Assembly: GCA_036785375.1 (NCBI GenBank)
Contig: JAWMAR010000007.1
Span: 11,284,001 to 11,348,000 of the forward strand
Reading direction: 5' to 3'
Length of the DNA stretch: 64,000 nucleotides
DNA from: Leucoraja ocellata
Taxonomy: Eukaryota
A model generated the notes under the pieces. The model was not told the DNA's origin, made no database searches, and was given only the letters and a program-made list of their open reading frames with translations. A program made the position numbers and the translations under genes. Numbering within the stretch: the stretch's first letter is position 1; every line of letters starts with the position of its first letter. This document shows, piece by piece, positions 53,001 through 64,000 of the stretch.

Positions 53001-54219
53001 GAAGGAGTTTTCCACATGTTCCTTGGCATCCTGGAGCATTATTCTAACTATCTTATCTCTCATTTCTGTGTAGGTATTATCACTCGGTGCGTGTCTCTGT
53101 TAATTTTTATCTCACACACCTTCTCCACCTCTTCATATTCCATCTGCAATCTTCTTATAATTCGATGGAAAATGACCATGTAGTAGAACATGCAGTAGAA
53201 AATGTAGTAGAGGTATACTACATCGACTGGATCCTTCCTTATCAATTCTGTTAGATATATTGTCCACCCTAACCCTAAACTCCACTTAAATTGTCAACAG
53301 AACTTCCCCTTCATCAAGAATTAAAACATAAATTGCTGTAAAATTAATCAGGTCTGAATGCAAGTCAACTGGAGGGGCGATAATATCCATGTAGGACGTT
53401 GTGTTGCTGCTACTCAGGAGGGTTTAATCTAGTTTGTCAGAAGGTTGGGAACTGGAGCAGGTGGAGGAATTGAATGGGATGTAGACATCAGCTTAAGACT
53501 GATCAGAAGGGCTGGCGGGGCCGGGTTAATGAACGCAGTGGAACTGATGGGCTGAAGTGTGTTTATTTCAATGCTATGTATATTATGTGTAAGGCAGATG
53601 AATGTAGAGTTTGCATTAATGCATGGAACTATGATGTTGTGGCCATTAGAGTTTTGGTTGAGCGAGGGGCGAGACTGACACCACAATGTTCCAGGGTTTT
53701 AGACATGATTTAGCAGCATTGTAGGTTATATAAAAATGCAACCAGGCCACCTGCAATTACTCTATTCAATTTGATTTGAGAATTCTGCATATTATTTATA
53801 AAGAAGATGAAGTTACATTTACAGTTACATTTCACCGCTCTAGAGCAGCGCAGGAGGGTCAGGGACAGATGGGTCAGAGTGGGAGTGGGATGGAGAAACA
53901 TGGTCACAGATGTGTAGGAAGGAACTGCGGATGCTGATTTATACCGAAGATAGACACAAAATGCTGGAGTAACACAACGTGCCAGGCAGCATCTATGGAG
54001 AAATGGAATAGATTCTACTTCAGGTCTGAAGAAGGCTTCCATTCACAAATATTACCTACTACTTTTCTCCAGAGATGCCGCATGATCTGCTGAGTTACTC
54101 CAGCATTTTGTGTCTATCAACATGGTCACAGACACAGGTAAAGTATTGATAAAAATAAATGTGGGTAATGCATCCGACCAATGAATAATGTCCATATTTT
54201 AAATCTTTCTCTATCCAAG

Positions 54220-54588
54220 GTGATGTCAGCGCATCTATGGTGATCGGGAAGAGAGGAGGTGGTGCCACACTGAACTGCAACTTCAAACACTCAAGTGCAA
54301 ATAGCAGGGTGATCACTATCCTCTGGATGATGGGGACTCCATGGGAAGAGTCCGTTGTCTTTAAACATACCCGCTCCTACGCCACAAGTGGTCCAGGCAC
54401 TGACAATGTAAATACAGGAGGTCGATATGAGCTGGTGGGAAACGTAGACAATGGAGACGCCTCCATCAGAGTGAGGGGACTCATGTTGAATGACACCAAC
54501 AACTATTTCTGTCATGTTTGGATCTTTAAATCCTCTAAGAAGGAAAATATTCAGGTGACTCAGGATGAAACGGGACTACAGGTTTTGG
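54220..54588 (+). CDS. Siglec-15-like receptor, V-set domain 2
   Basis: caAG and G|GTAAGG, 369 nt, phase 1-1. ATLNCNF...ITILW...RYELVGNVDNGDASIRVRGLMLNDTNNYFCHVW...GLQVL. Confidence 0.92.
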
Positions 54589-56309
54589 GTAAGGAAACGG
54601 TCAGTGTTGAGAAGTAAATGATAAAATCACATTGAACAACTGTGAGAAGAATGAGCTTCGTTCTGTTTCCTCTCTGAATATTTCACTCCATTCTCCCACT
54701 GGGTCTCTTTCAAATCTTCACCCCTTCCTGGTTCTCCCCCTGCACCAATGAATAACAGTGACTTTTATCCCTCTCTAGGCTACAGCCACCATCTTGGAGC
54801 GACGGTGATAATGTATCTGGAGATACGTGTGTGTGCGGGAGAGAATGGACAGGTTGATCATTTCAGCTGCCATTTGTTGAGTCTACTTTCTTGTGATTGG
54901 CTTCACTTTCTAGTGGTTAAACATAGATAAACATCATGTCTAATCTCCATTGCTGGTGTTGATGGGAGAATCATGGGACCTCCAGTGACATTGTTGTCAG
55001 CCTCTGGTTCCGGTAATGGGGGAGGGGAGAAGAGAGAGTAACTCGGGTGTGAGTGATCCTTCATTATGTTGGCTGCTTTCCCAAGGAATAAATGCAGTTG
55101 ATGGGCGGGGGAACGAGGGAAAACCTTTTATTCATTCTACATGGTTAATCCTGAGCTTTCTGGTGCTTGTAATCTTAATCATCCATGCAATTCCCCCTCT
55201 GACTATTTTTTGTGACTTCCTTATAACCCGTCTAATGCAATTTGAAGAACAGGGCTCTCTGCATCATTGCAGACTCTATTGAATTCAAGAATTTTGGATG
55301 ATACTTTTTCTCTCTTTTATCAGAACTAACCAGTTGTACTGAAGATAAGCAAAATGGAATATTAATCATTTATTCTCTGAACAATTATTGTAACTTAAAA
55401 TTAGTTAGCTGAAGTTGCAGAGGTTGTATAGAGGGGTGGATTGGAAATAGGAAATATCTCTGACAGGGTGAGTCTAGGTTTGCTGTTGATGAAATTATCT
55501 GGTAGATAAATTAAGGAAGGAAACTGGAGACAGAGAACACAAACAAAGATAGAAACAGAGCTGCAAAACGCACGTCAGCTGCAAGAAACACGCTGCAGAT
55601 CAGGCAGTGTCAGTGGAGAGAGGAGAACTGAGTCAGTATTGCAGATGGATAACCTGCTGCAGAACTTCTGATACAAACAGTGAGAAAGTTACCCGAAATT
55701 GTTGCATTCAATGTTGACTCAATGGTTCAATGGGTCAACCTAGAATAGAGCAATTTCTGGTGACTTGCTCGCTGTTTGTATCAGAACTGGCGAGTTCTAC
55801 AGCATCTGCGATACTGACTCAGTTCTCCTGAAGAAGAGTCACGACCCGAAACGTCACCGATTCATTCTATCCAGAGATGCTGCCAGCCCGCTGAATTACT
55901 CCAGCATTTTGTGTCTATTTTCGGTTCAATGGTTTCTTTATTATCACATGTAGCAAGTACAGTGAAATACTTTTTTGCATACAGATCAGTAAGAATATCA
56001 CCGTACATAAATAAGCACAATCCCCCCGGTTAGTACATCATGTACAGAAGAACCCACCGAGTCTGGGCAACAGTTGCCATTTTGCACCATTTTACAGTCC
56101 TCGATGCAGTGGCCACAGAGGCCCCATTGCAGCCGCCGCCTCCATTCCAGTTGTCCTGGAATGTTGACCCTCACCCTGCACAGCCCTATTCAGCCCTTCT
56201 TCCCCAGGGGTGGTGTGTGGTGGGGGGGGGCTCCTCCCGCAGATGAGATTAGGAAACGGAAGTTAAAAACGCCTCCACCCCTCCTGATTCGGTTAACCAG
56301 GCATTTTCA

Positions 56310-57230
56310 GGTTGGCTGCCAGTTACTAGCAGAGTTCCGCAGGGCTTGGTCCTGGGGCCGCTGCTCTTCACGTTGTATATTAATGATTTAGATGAGGGGA
56401 TTGACGGCTTTGTGGCCAAGTTTGCGGATTATACAAAAATAGGTGGATGGGCAGGTAGTGCAGAGAAAGCAGGGTCTCTGCAGAAGAACTTGGATAGGTT
56501 GGGAGAGTGGGCAGAGAAGTGGCAGATGGAAAGGTGTGGAAAAGTGTGGAGTCATGTATTTTGGTAATAGGATTAAAGGCGTTGGTTACTTTCTAAATGG
56601 GGAGAGAATCCAGAAGTCGGAGGTGCAAGGTGACTTGAAAATGCTGGTGCAGGATTCACAAAACGTTAATCTGCAAGTTGAAGCAGTTGTAAAGAAAGCA
56701 AACGCAATGCTAGTATTTATTTCGAGAGGGTTTATATGCAAAAGTAGGGATGTAATGCTGAGAATCTTTCAGGCGCTGGTCAGGCCACATTTGGAATATT
56801 GTGAGCAATTTTAGGCACCATATCTGAGGAAGGATGTGCTGGCTCTGGAGAGGGTCCAGAGGAGGTTCACAAGAATGATCCCAGGAATGAGTAGGATAAC
56901 ACCAGATGAATATTTGACGGTACTGGGCCTATGTTTGCTGGAGTTTAGAAGAATGAGGGAGGACCTCATTGAAACAGACAGAATAGTGAAAGGCTTGGAT
57001 GTGGAGAGGATGCTTCCACTAGTGGGAGAGTTGAAGAGGCGAGGTTTTAGCTTCAGAATTAAAGGACGTTCTTTTCGGAAGGTGATGAGGATGATTTTTT
57101 TGGTAGGAGGGTGGTGAATCTATGGAATTCATTGCCACAGATGGCTGTGGAGGCAAAGTCAGTGGATATATTTAAGGCAGAGATAAGTAGATTCCTGATT
57201 AGTGCAGATGTCAGAGGTAATGAGAAGTGC
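56310..57230 (+). mobile_element. CR1 LINE 3' fragment in the V2-V3 intron
   Basis: VLGPLLFTLYINDLDE..KFADYTK, RPHLEYC, LERVQRRFTRMIP. Confidence 0.9.
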
Positions 57231-57545
57231 TTCGGGTGCAGAACCTAAGACCCCCCCTTCCCACCCTACCTAATTCAGTTAACCGCGCCTTTAGTCACCC
57301 TCCATCCTCCTCTCCGGTTCCCAGTCTTCAAGGTCAAGGCTCCATCCTGGCCAGACTGAAACTGAGATGTCTTTACTTGAGATTGGCCCTTATTAGAATA
57401 GTGCAGGTCAGGAACAGGTGGATCAGAGTGGAATGGGATGGAGAATCTAAGTCACAAGTATGGATGAACTATTGATAAAGACTGTGTGGTTATTGTATTC
57501 AATTACTAAATCATATTCACACTTTAAAACTCTTCTCTCTGCAAG

Positions 57546-57908
57546 GTGATAATGACAGAGCATCCATGGTGATTGGGAGGAAGGGTGCGACTGCCACACT
57601 GCCCTGCTCCTTCAGTCCCTCGAACAGGAATCCCAGCTCCATCACCATCAGCTGGATGAAGGGGAATCCACCAAAATGGTCTGTTGTCTTTCGCGACACT
57701 TCTCCCCGCCCAGCAGCAAATCGCATTCCTGTAAATGTCAATATAGAAAATCGATATGAGCTGGTGGGAAATCTTACACAGGGAGATGCATCCATCAGAG
57801 TGAAGGGACTCAAACTGGATGACTCCAGTGATTACTCCTGTCACGTTTATGTCAAGAATTCAGCGTTGACGACTGTGACTCAGGATGAGATGAAACTGCA
57901 GGTTGTGG
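57546..57908 (+). CDS. Siglec-15-like receptor, V-set domain 3
   Basis: caAG and G|GTAAGG, 363 nt, phase 1-1. ATLPCSF...ITISW...RYELVGNLTQGDASIRVKGLKLDDSSDYSCHVY...KLQVV. Confidence 0.92.
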
Positions 57909-59303
57909 GTAAGGAAACGTATGTTATGCTGTAAACGATAATATCATATTGAACAACCTTAGGAGGAAAGAGCTCCCACTGGCAGTGTAGACCAGCACAG
58001 GAACAGGCCCTTTGGCCCGCAATGTCTGTACCGGACATGATGCTACGTTAATCTCGTCTACCTGCAGGTGATACATTTCTTCCATTACCTGCATTTCAAA
58101 AAGTCTCTAAAACTCCACTATCGTAGCTGCCTCCACCACCCCTAACAATATTTTCCAGGCACCCACCACCCTCTGTGTAAACAATAACTTTCCCCACATA
58201 TCTCCTTTCATCTTTTCCCATCTGTCCTTGTCACAATACCGTCTATTCGTTGACATTTCCGCCGTAGGCAAAAGGTTCTGACTCTCTCTCCTATCCATGT
58301 CTTTCATATTTTTATAAACTTTCAACAGTCCAGAGAAACAGTTCAAGTATGTCCGACCTTTTCTTATAACTATTACCCTCTAATCCAGGCAGCAATCTGC
58401 TAAACCTCTTCTGAACCCTTTCCAAAGTCTCCACATCCTTCCTGCAATGGGTGAAAACTGCACATAAAACTGAATGCAATAATCCCAGTGTCATAACTAA
58501 AGTTGTATAGAGCTACAACATGACTTCCTGACTTGTAATCAGTAGATAGACACTAAAAGCTGGAGTAACTCACCGGGACAGACAGCGTCTCTGGAGAGAA
58601 GGAATGGATGATGTTTTGGGTCGAGTATCATCTTCTCGACCTGAAACATGACCCATCCTTTCTCTGCAGAGATGCTGCCTGTCCCGCTGAGTTACTCCAG
58701 CTTTTTGTGTCCATCTTCGGTTTTAACCAGCATCTGCAGTTCCTTCCTACACATCTTGTATTCAGTACCTTGACCAATGAAAGCAAGAAAACTGTAGACG
58801 TTTTTAACGTGTTGCCATTTTCAGGGAGTTATGGAATTGGATCCCAATATTTTCCTGTACATCAGTGGTATTAAGGGTCTTGCCCTTGTATATTTTCCAC
58901 TTGCATTCAACCTCCCAAAGACAACACCACATATGTTCGGATCAAACTCCATCTGCCATTTCTCTGCCTATATCTGTATTAGATTAAAATTTGTAGTATC
59001 TTTCTACAGTTCTACGTTCATCTGTCTTCCTCATGATACTCTTGCATTTTCAATAAGCAACACTACAGCCCATGTGTGGGTTTGATATTTGAGCTGCCAC
59101 ATGTGGACTGCACTCTTGTGATTGGCTTCACTTTCTCATGTTTGAACAGAGGTGAACACCACTGTCTCATCTCCAATGTTAGTGTTGACGGGAGACTTGT
59201 GGCATCTCCAGTGATATTGTCATCAGCCTCTAGCTATGGTGGTTTGTGTCAGGTAATATTGACTATTGAGGCAGTTCTGGCCAGTTCTTATACTTAACAG
59301 TAA

Positions 59304-59966
59304 AGGGCTTGTCCCACTTAGGTGATTTTTTATGCGACTGCCGGTGACTGTCATGGTCGTAGCAGGTTGCCGAAAAACCGGTGACTGGACCCCCCCTACG
59401 ACAATGTCTACAACAACCTACCACCTAGTCGACGTTAAGACATGACAACCGGCGACTCAAACGTCACGACTTAGGACGTCCACTTACGACCACACCTAGA
59501 CAATCTACGACCACACAGGTGACAACCTACGATAACTCGTCAACCGACCTCCACCCGCGACAAGCTACGACAAGCTACCACCCTGTCGGTGACAATTGAA
59601 GACTTCTCTTGACGCCAGTAGCTGTCGCTGGTTGATGCAGGTTGACGTAGGTAGTCCCCAAATGAATTCATCGAAGTCAGCACCAGCGACAACCTTCATC
59701 ATCCTGGCAACAACCTATGTTATCCTGGCGACAACTTACGACAGCACCTACGTCAGGAGAAGACAAGCTACGAAAATCCCAAGATCGCTGAGTGTCGCCG
59801 AAAAGATTTGAACATTTCAAAATCCTGCGTCGACCAGATAAATGCTACGGATCTTTGGGCGACTTGAGGAGACGACTCACGACCCTACATGTGACACCTG
59901 GCAACCGTGTGGTGACCGCCTAGTCGCCTGTTGTCGCCTAATAATCGCGTAAGTTGGACAGGCCCT
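59304..59966. mobile_element. Harbinger-like MITE with TAA target-site duplication
   Basis: TAA|agggcttgtcccactta ... taagttggacaggccct|TAA. Confidence 0.8.
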
Positions 59967-60199
59967 TAAGCAAGTTATTGAAATTGTTGTATTAAATGTT
60001 AACACAAAAGCTTCATGCTGCCCAGACAGAAGATAAGGTGATGTTGCTTGAGATTGGGCCTCGTTAAAACAATGCAGGAGGTCTGAGACAGACAGATCAG
60101 AGCGGGAGTGGGATGGGGAATCAATGTCAAAGGCATGGATGATGTATTTTTATAAACCATGTGGAATAGATTGTTAAATACAACCTTTCTCTATACAAG

Positions 60200-60562
60200 A
60201 TGGAAAGAAGAACACATCCATGGTGATTGGGAAGAGAAAAGATTCAGCCACACTGCCCTGCTCCTTCAGCCCCTTGAACAAGAATCCCAGCCCCATCACT
60301 GTCCGCTGGATGAAGGGGAATCCACGGGAAGAGTCCACAGTCTTTAATCACACCCACCCCCACTCTGTGAACCCTCCCTCCACTGCCACTGTAAAGGGAG
60401 GAGGTCGATATGAGCTGGTTGGAAAACTAGACCAGGGAGACGCCTCTATCAGAGTGAGGGAGCTCAGACTGGACGACAGCAGTGACTATTTCTGTTATGT
60501 TTGGGTCAGGAATTCCACACAGGAGACGGTGACTCAGGATGAGACTAAACTGGAGGTTGTGG
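60200..60562 (+). CDS. Siglec-15-like receptor, V-set domain 4
   Basis: caAG and G|GTAAGG, 363 nt, phase 1-1. ATLPCSF...ITVRW...RYELVGKLDQGDASIRVRELRLDDSSDYFCYVW...KLEVV. Confidence 0.92.
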
Positions 60563-61195
60563 GTAAGGAAATATCTGTCTGTGTTGTGCTGTGAACGATA
60601 AAATCACATTAACAACTGTAAGAAGACATGAGATCCACTGACAGCTGGAGCCGAGATCGGCCCAATCCATTGTAGGTTCCATTCCTTGACCTGGGCTTCC
60701 CTTGCTCAGCACTGCCCCTAGTGGTTGGAAAACAGTGCTGATTCCAGCCAGGTTGCACGGAGCTCCCTGCAGCAGGATCAGAGATTCAGAACCACATTCA
60801 CCAGCTGAACCTCCAGTCCCTGTGTCTGTGACATGGTCTGTGTTACAAAGATCCACAGACGACTCTGGGATATCATCCGTCTCTTTCATTCACATCGACT
60901 CCGGGATCCTGTATGTTCTCTCACTGAATATTACATAGAACAGTACAGCACAGGACCAGGCCCTTTGGCCCGCAATATCTGTGCAGAATATAATGGTTCT
61001 GTAAGTTAAACTAATATCATCTGCCGACACATGATCCATACCCCTCTATTCCCTGTAGATCCACTATCATATCTACAAATATTTCACTGCAGTCTCCTAG
61101 ATGTGTCCTTCCAATCCCCATTCAGATGGACTCTATCTGCACACACCAACAGTGATTAATTCAATTAATTTAATTTCATTTCTTCATTCTCCAAG

Positions 61196-61564
61196 TCCCA
61201 GCCACCATCCTGGAGCTGTCCGTTGTGAGTGACAATGTAACTGGAGAACGCACCCTTGTGTGCAGGGCTGAAGGGAAGCCCCCTGCAAACATCGTGTGGA
61301 TCGGCCCAGGCAACGGCTCACTGCCCGTGAACATTAGTGAGATGACAGTCACACATGATCCAGAGAAACTACTGACTGTGGGAAAGCTGCTTCACCCCAG
61401 GCTGCCAGGGAATTACACGTGTGTGGCTGAGAATGAACACCAGATGGACACGCGTGAGATCCGCCTATTCGAGGATTGGGGATCGTTGAACCCAGGCGTC
61501 TACATTGGATTCTCCATATTGGCTATTGGCCTGATGGTATTTGCTCTCATATCTTTGAAAAAAT
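61196..61564 (+). CDS. Siglec-15-like receptor, C2-set Ig domain + transmembrane exon (cytoplasmic exons not identified)
   Basis: caAG and T|GTGAGT, 369 nt. VPATILELSVV...LVCRAEGKPPANIVWIGP...GNYTCVAENEH...IRLF resembles the SIGLEC15 C2 domain. TM VYIGFSILAIGLMVFALISL is followed by KK. Confidence 0.9.
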
Positions 61565-64000
61565 GTGAGTTTGCCAATAACAACTACATTGTGGGCTGTT
61601 GTGGGTGTTCTTGGGACTGGTGGCTTTTTCAAATTTTATAGGCCGGAAATGTGAACAGGAGGCCAGTCATCCCTGGTTAGGCCACATTTGGAGTATTTTG
61701 TCCAGTTCTGGTCACCACATTTCAGGAAGGTTTTGGAAACTTTGGACAGGTTGCAGAGGGTTACAGAATAATGCCTGGATTAGAAGATTTTAGCTATAAG
61801 GAGAGGTTGGATTGTTTTTCTCTGGAACATCTGATGCTGAGGGGCGAACTGATCAAAGAATGTCATATTCTGAGACACATAGAAAGAGTAGTTAGTCTTT
61901 TTTCCTCAGGGTTGAGATGTCAAAAACTAAAGAGCATGGGTTAAGATGAGAGTAGGAATGTTTTTAACGGAGATTTAAGAAGTGCCATTTGTTCAGAATG
62001 GTTGGTGCCTGGAACGTGCAACCAGGGGAGGTGTGGAAGCTGACACGCTAGCAATGTTTAAAGAGCATTTATACATGTAAATATACATGGAATGGAAAGA
62101 GATCAACCATGTGCAGAGAGATACGATTAGTTTAATTTGGCAATATGGTCGGCACAGACATCGTGTGCCAAGGTTAAATCTTCAGTTCTAGTGGACTGGA
62201 GCTGTACCCCTTGTAGGGTCAAGTCTGCCCTCACCATTGCTACCCTGACAGACCTTATCCATAGACTTGGGTATAACAGGGTCAGAATTTCCTGTTCTTA
62301 ATAATACAGTCCTGAGATAAGGTATTCATTGCCCTTGCCCTCCGATGAATTTGTGGGAAGGTCCGGCTGTGATTCTGTACTTAGATCCTCGCTGTTCTTC
62401 AAATGCTTGGGTATCATTTGAAAAAGGTTCTGAGTGTTCCGATTCAATCATGGACCAGTTTGCAGATGATGTGAAACTGAGTGGGAATGTGATGGCTCAA
62501 GGTTTGAAGAGAATATATCGACCAGCCAAGTTGGGAAACAACATGGGAATGTGAGAAAAAGCTGTCAAACGTCAATGCTCTTCCAGCGGTTACAGATTGG
62601 GGAATACCAATGTTCACAGATAACTCACTTTATGTATCAAACGTGTGGATTTCGGAAAACAAATGTAATGTTGGCCTTCAATGCAAGAAGATATGAACTC
62701 AGGTATAAATGTATAGGTCCTTGGTCTCTATGCTATCTATCAAAAGGACATGTGGGCATGGAGAGAATGTTAGCAGCAGTGAGAGGGTCCAGAACCAGAG
62801 AACACAGCCTCAGAATAAAAGGATGAACCTTTAGAATGGAGATGAGGAAGATTTTTTTTTTTTAGCCAGAGACTGATGAATCAGTGGAATTCAATGCCAC
62901 AGGCAAAAGTGGAGGTCTAGTCAGTGGAAAATTTATAGCGTAGATTGATAGGTTCTTGATTAGGTCCTTAGATTTGTACAACAGCATCAAATGCTTGCAT
63001 TCATGTATTCATTTATTATTATAGTCACTTCTACTGTGATACAGTGAAAATCTTGGTTTGTATGTTATTTGGTCAAATCTAATCATATCATACATGAGTA
63101 CAATCAATCCATATACAAGTACAACAGGCAGTGTAAAGAGAAAAATACCAGAGTACATAATATTGTGTTTTAGACTTTAGTAGAGATACAGCATGGAAAC
63201 AGGTCCTTTGGCCCACCATGTCTGTGCAACCAGCGAGCACCCTGTATCATTAATTCTTATGTCTATCGTGTGTGGGAGGAAACCAGAGCACTCGGAGAAA
63301 ACCTAAGTGGTTACAGGGAGAACTTACAAACTCCATACAGACGGCTCCCATAGTCAGGATCAAACCCGGGTCTCTGGCGCAGTAAGGCAGCAACTCTACC
63401 GCTGTGCCACTGAGCCATCCATAGTTCCTTCATTACAGTGTTACAGCTCCAGAAAAAGTTCCGATAAAAAGAGAAAAAATGCATGGGTCGCACTGAAGTA
63501 AGTTGGAAGATCGGGACAACACCTTAGTTTGTGGGAGGGCCGTTCAGTAGTCTGGCAAAAGTGGGGGAAGAAGCTGTTCCTGAATCTGGTGGATTGCATC
63601 TTTAAGCTAATGTATCTTCTGCCCAACGGGAGAGGGGAGAAGAGGGGATGACCGAGGTGAAAAATATCCTTGATTATGTTCACTGCTTTCCTAAGGCAGC
63701 GTGAAGTGCAGATGAAGTCAATAGTGGGAAGTGTGGTCTGTGTGATATACTCGACTACATTCACAACTCTCTGAAATGTCTTAGTCTTGGGGAGCTGTTT
63801 CCAAGCTGTGAAGCATCCTGACAGTATCCCGATCAGTCTGAAGAAGGGTCCCGACCATATATACGTCACCTATCCACGTTCTCCAGGGATGCTGCCTAAC
63901 TTGCTAAATTACTCCAGCACTTTGTCTTGCTTTCAATTGTGCATTTGTAGAAATTGGCCAGTGTGTTGGAGAAATGCCAAACTTTTTGTTAGTCTACTGA

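Noticed and set aside
60702-60938. S/P-rich ORF as a stalk exon of the Ig gene
   Set aside because: No convincing splice sites; V4 splices in phase directly to the C2 exon.
62217-62250. Candidate terminal cytoplasmic exon (WSSLPSPLLP*)
   Set aside because: Weak acceptor and no supporting motif.

Overview
Eukaryotic genomic DNA from a cartilaginous fish, most likely a skate or ray. This is inferred from dense HE1-type V-SINEs with (AAACT)n tails, CR1 LINEs and Penelope-derived palindromes. The window has 4 N-gaps. Two gene systems lie among the repeats. (1) A same-strand tandem cluster of at least three divergent relaxin/insulin-superfamily preprohormone genes: an orphan exon 2 at 3910-4232, a complete two-exon gene at 22975-23158 + 26161-26462 (161 aa, RxxxRxxV motif), and a third gene at 32048-32230 + 35002-35327 that is one base short in exon 1. 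(2) A Siglec-15-related receptor gene (45344 to >61564) with a leader, FOUR tandem V-set exons (only V1 keeps the sialic-acid-binding Arg), one C2-set domain and an uncharged TM. The rest is transposable: CR1, Rex1/Babar-like, DIRS1 with intact ITR/ICR, Harbinger-type MITEs, a Helitron junction, Penelope/hammerhead repeats and V-SINEs.
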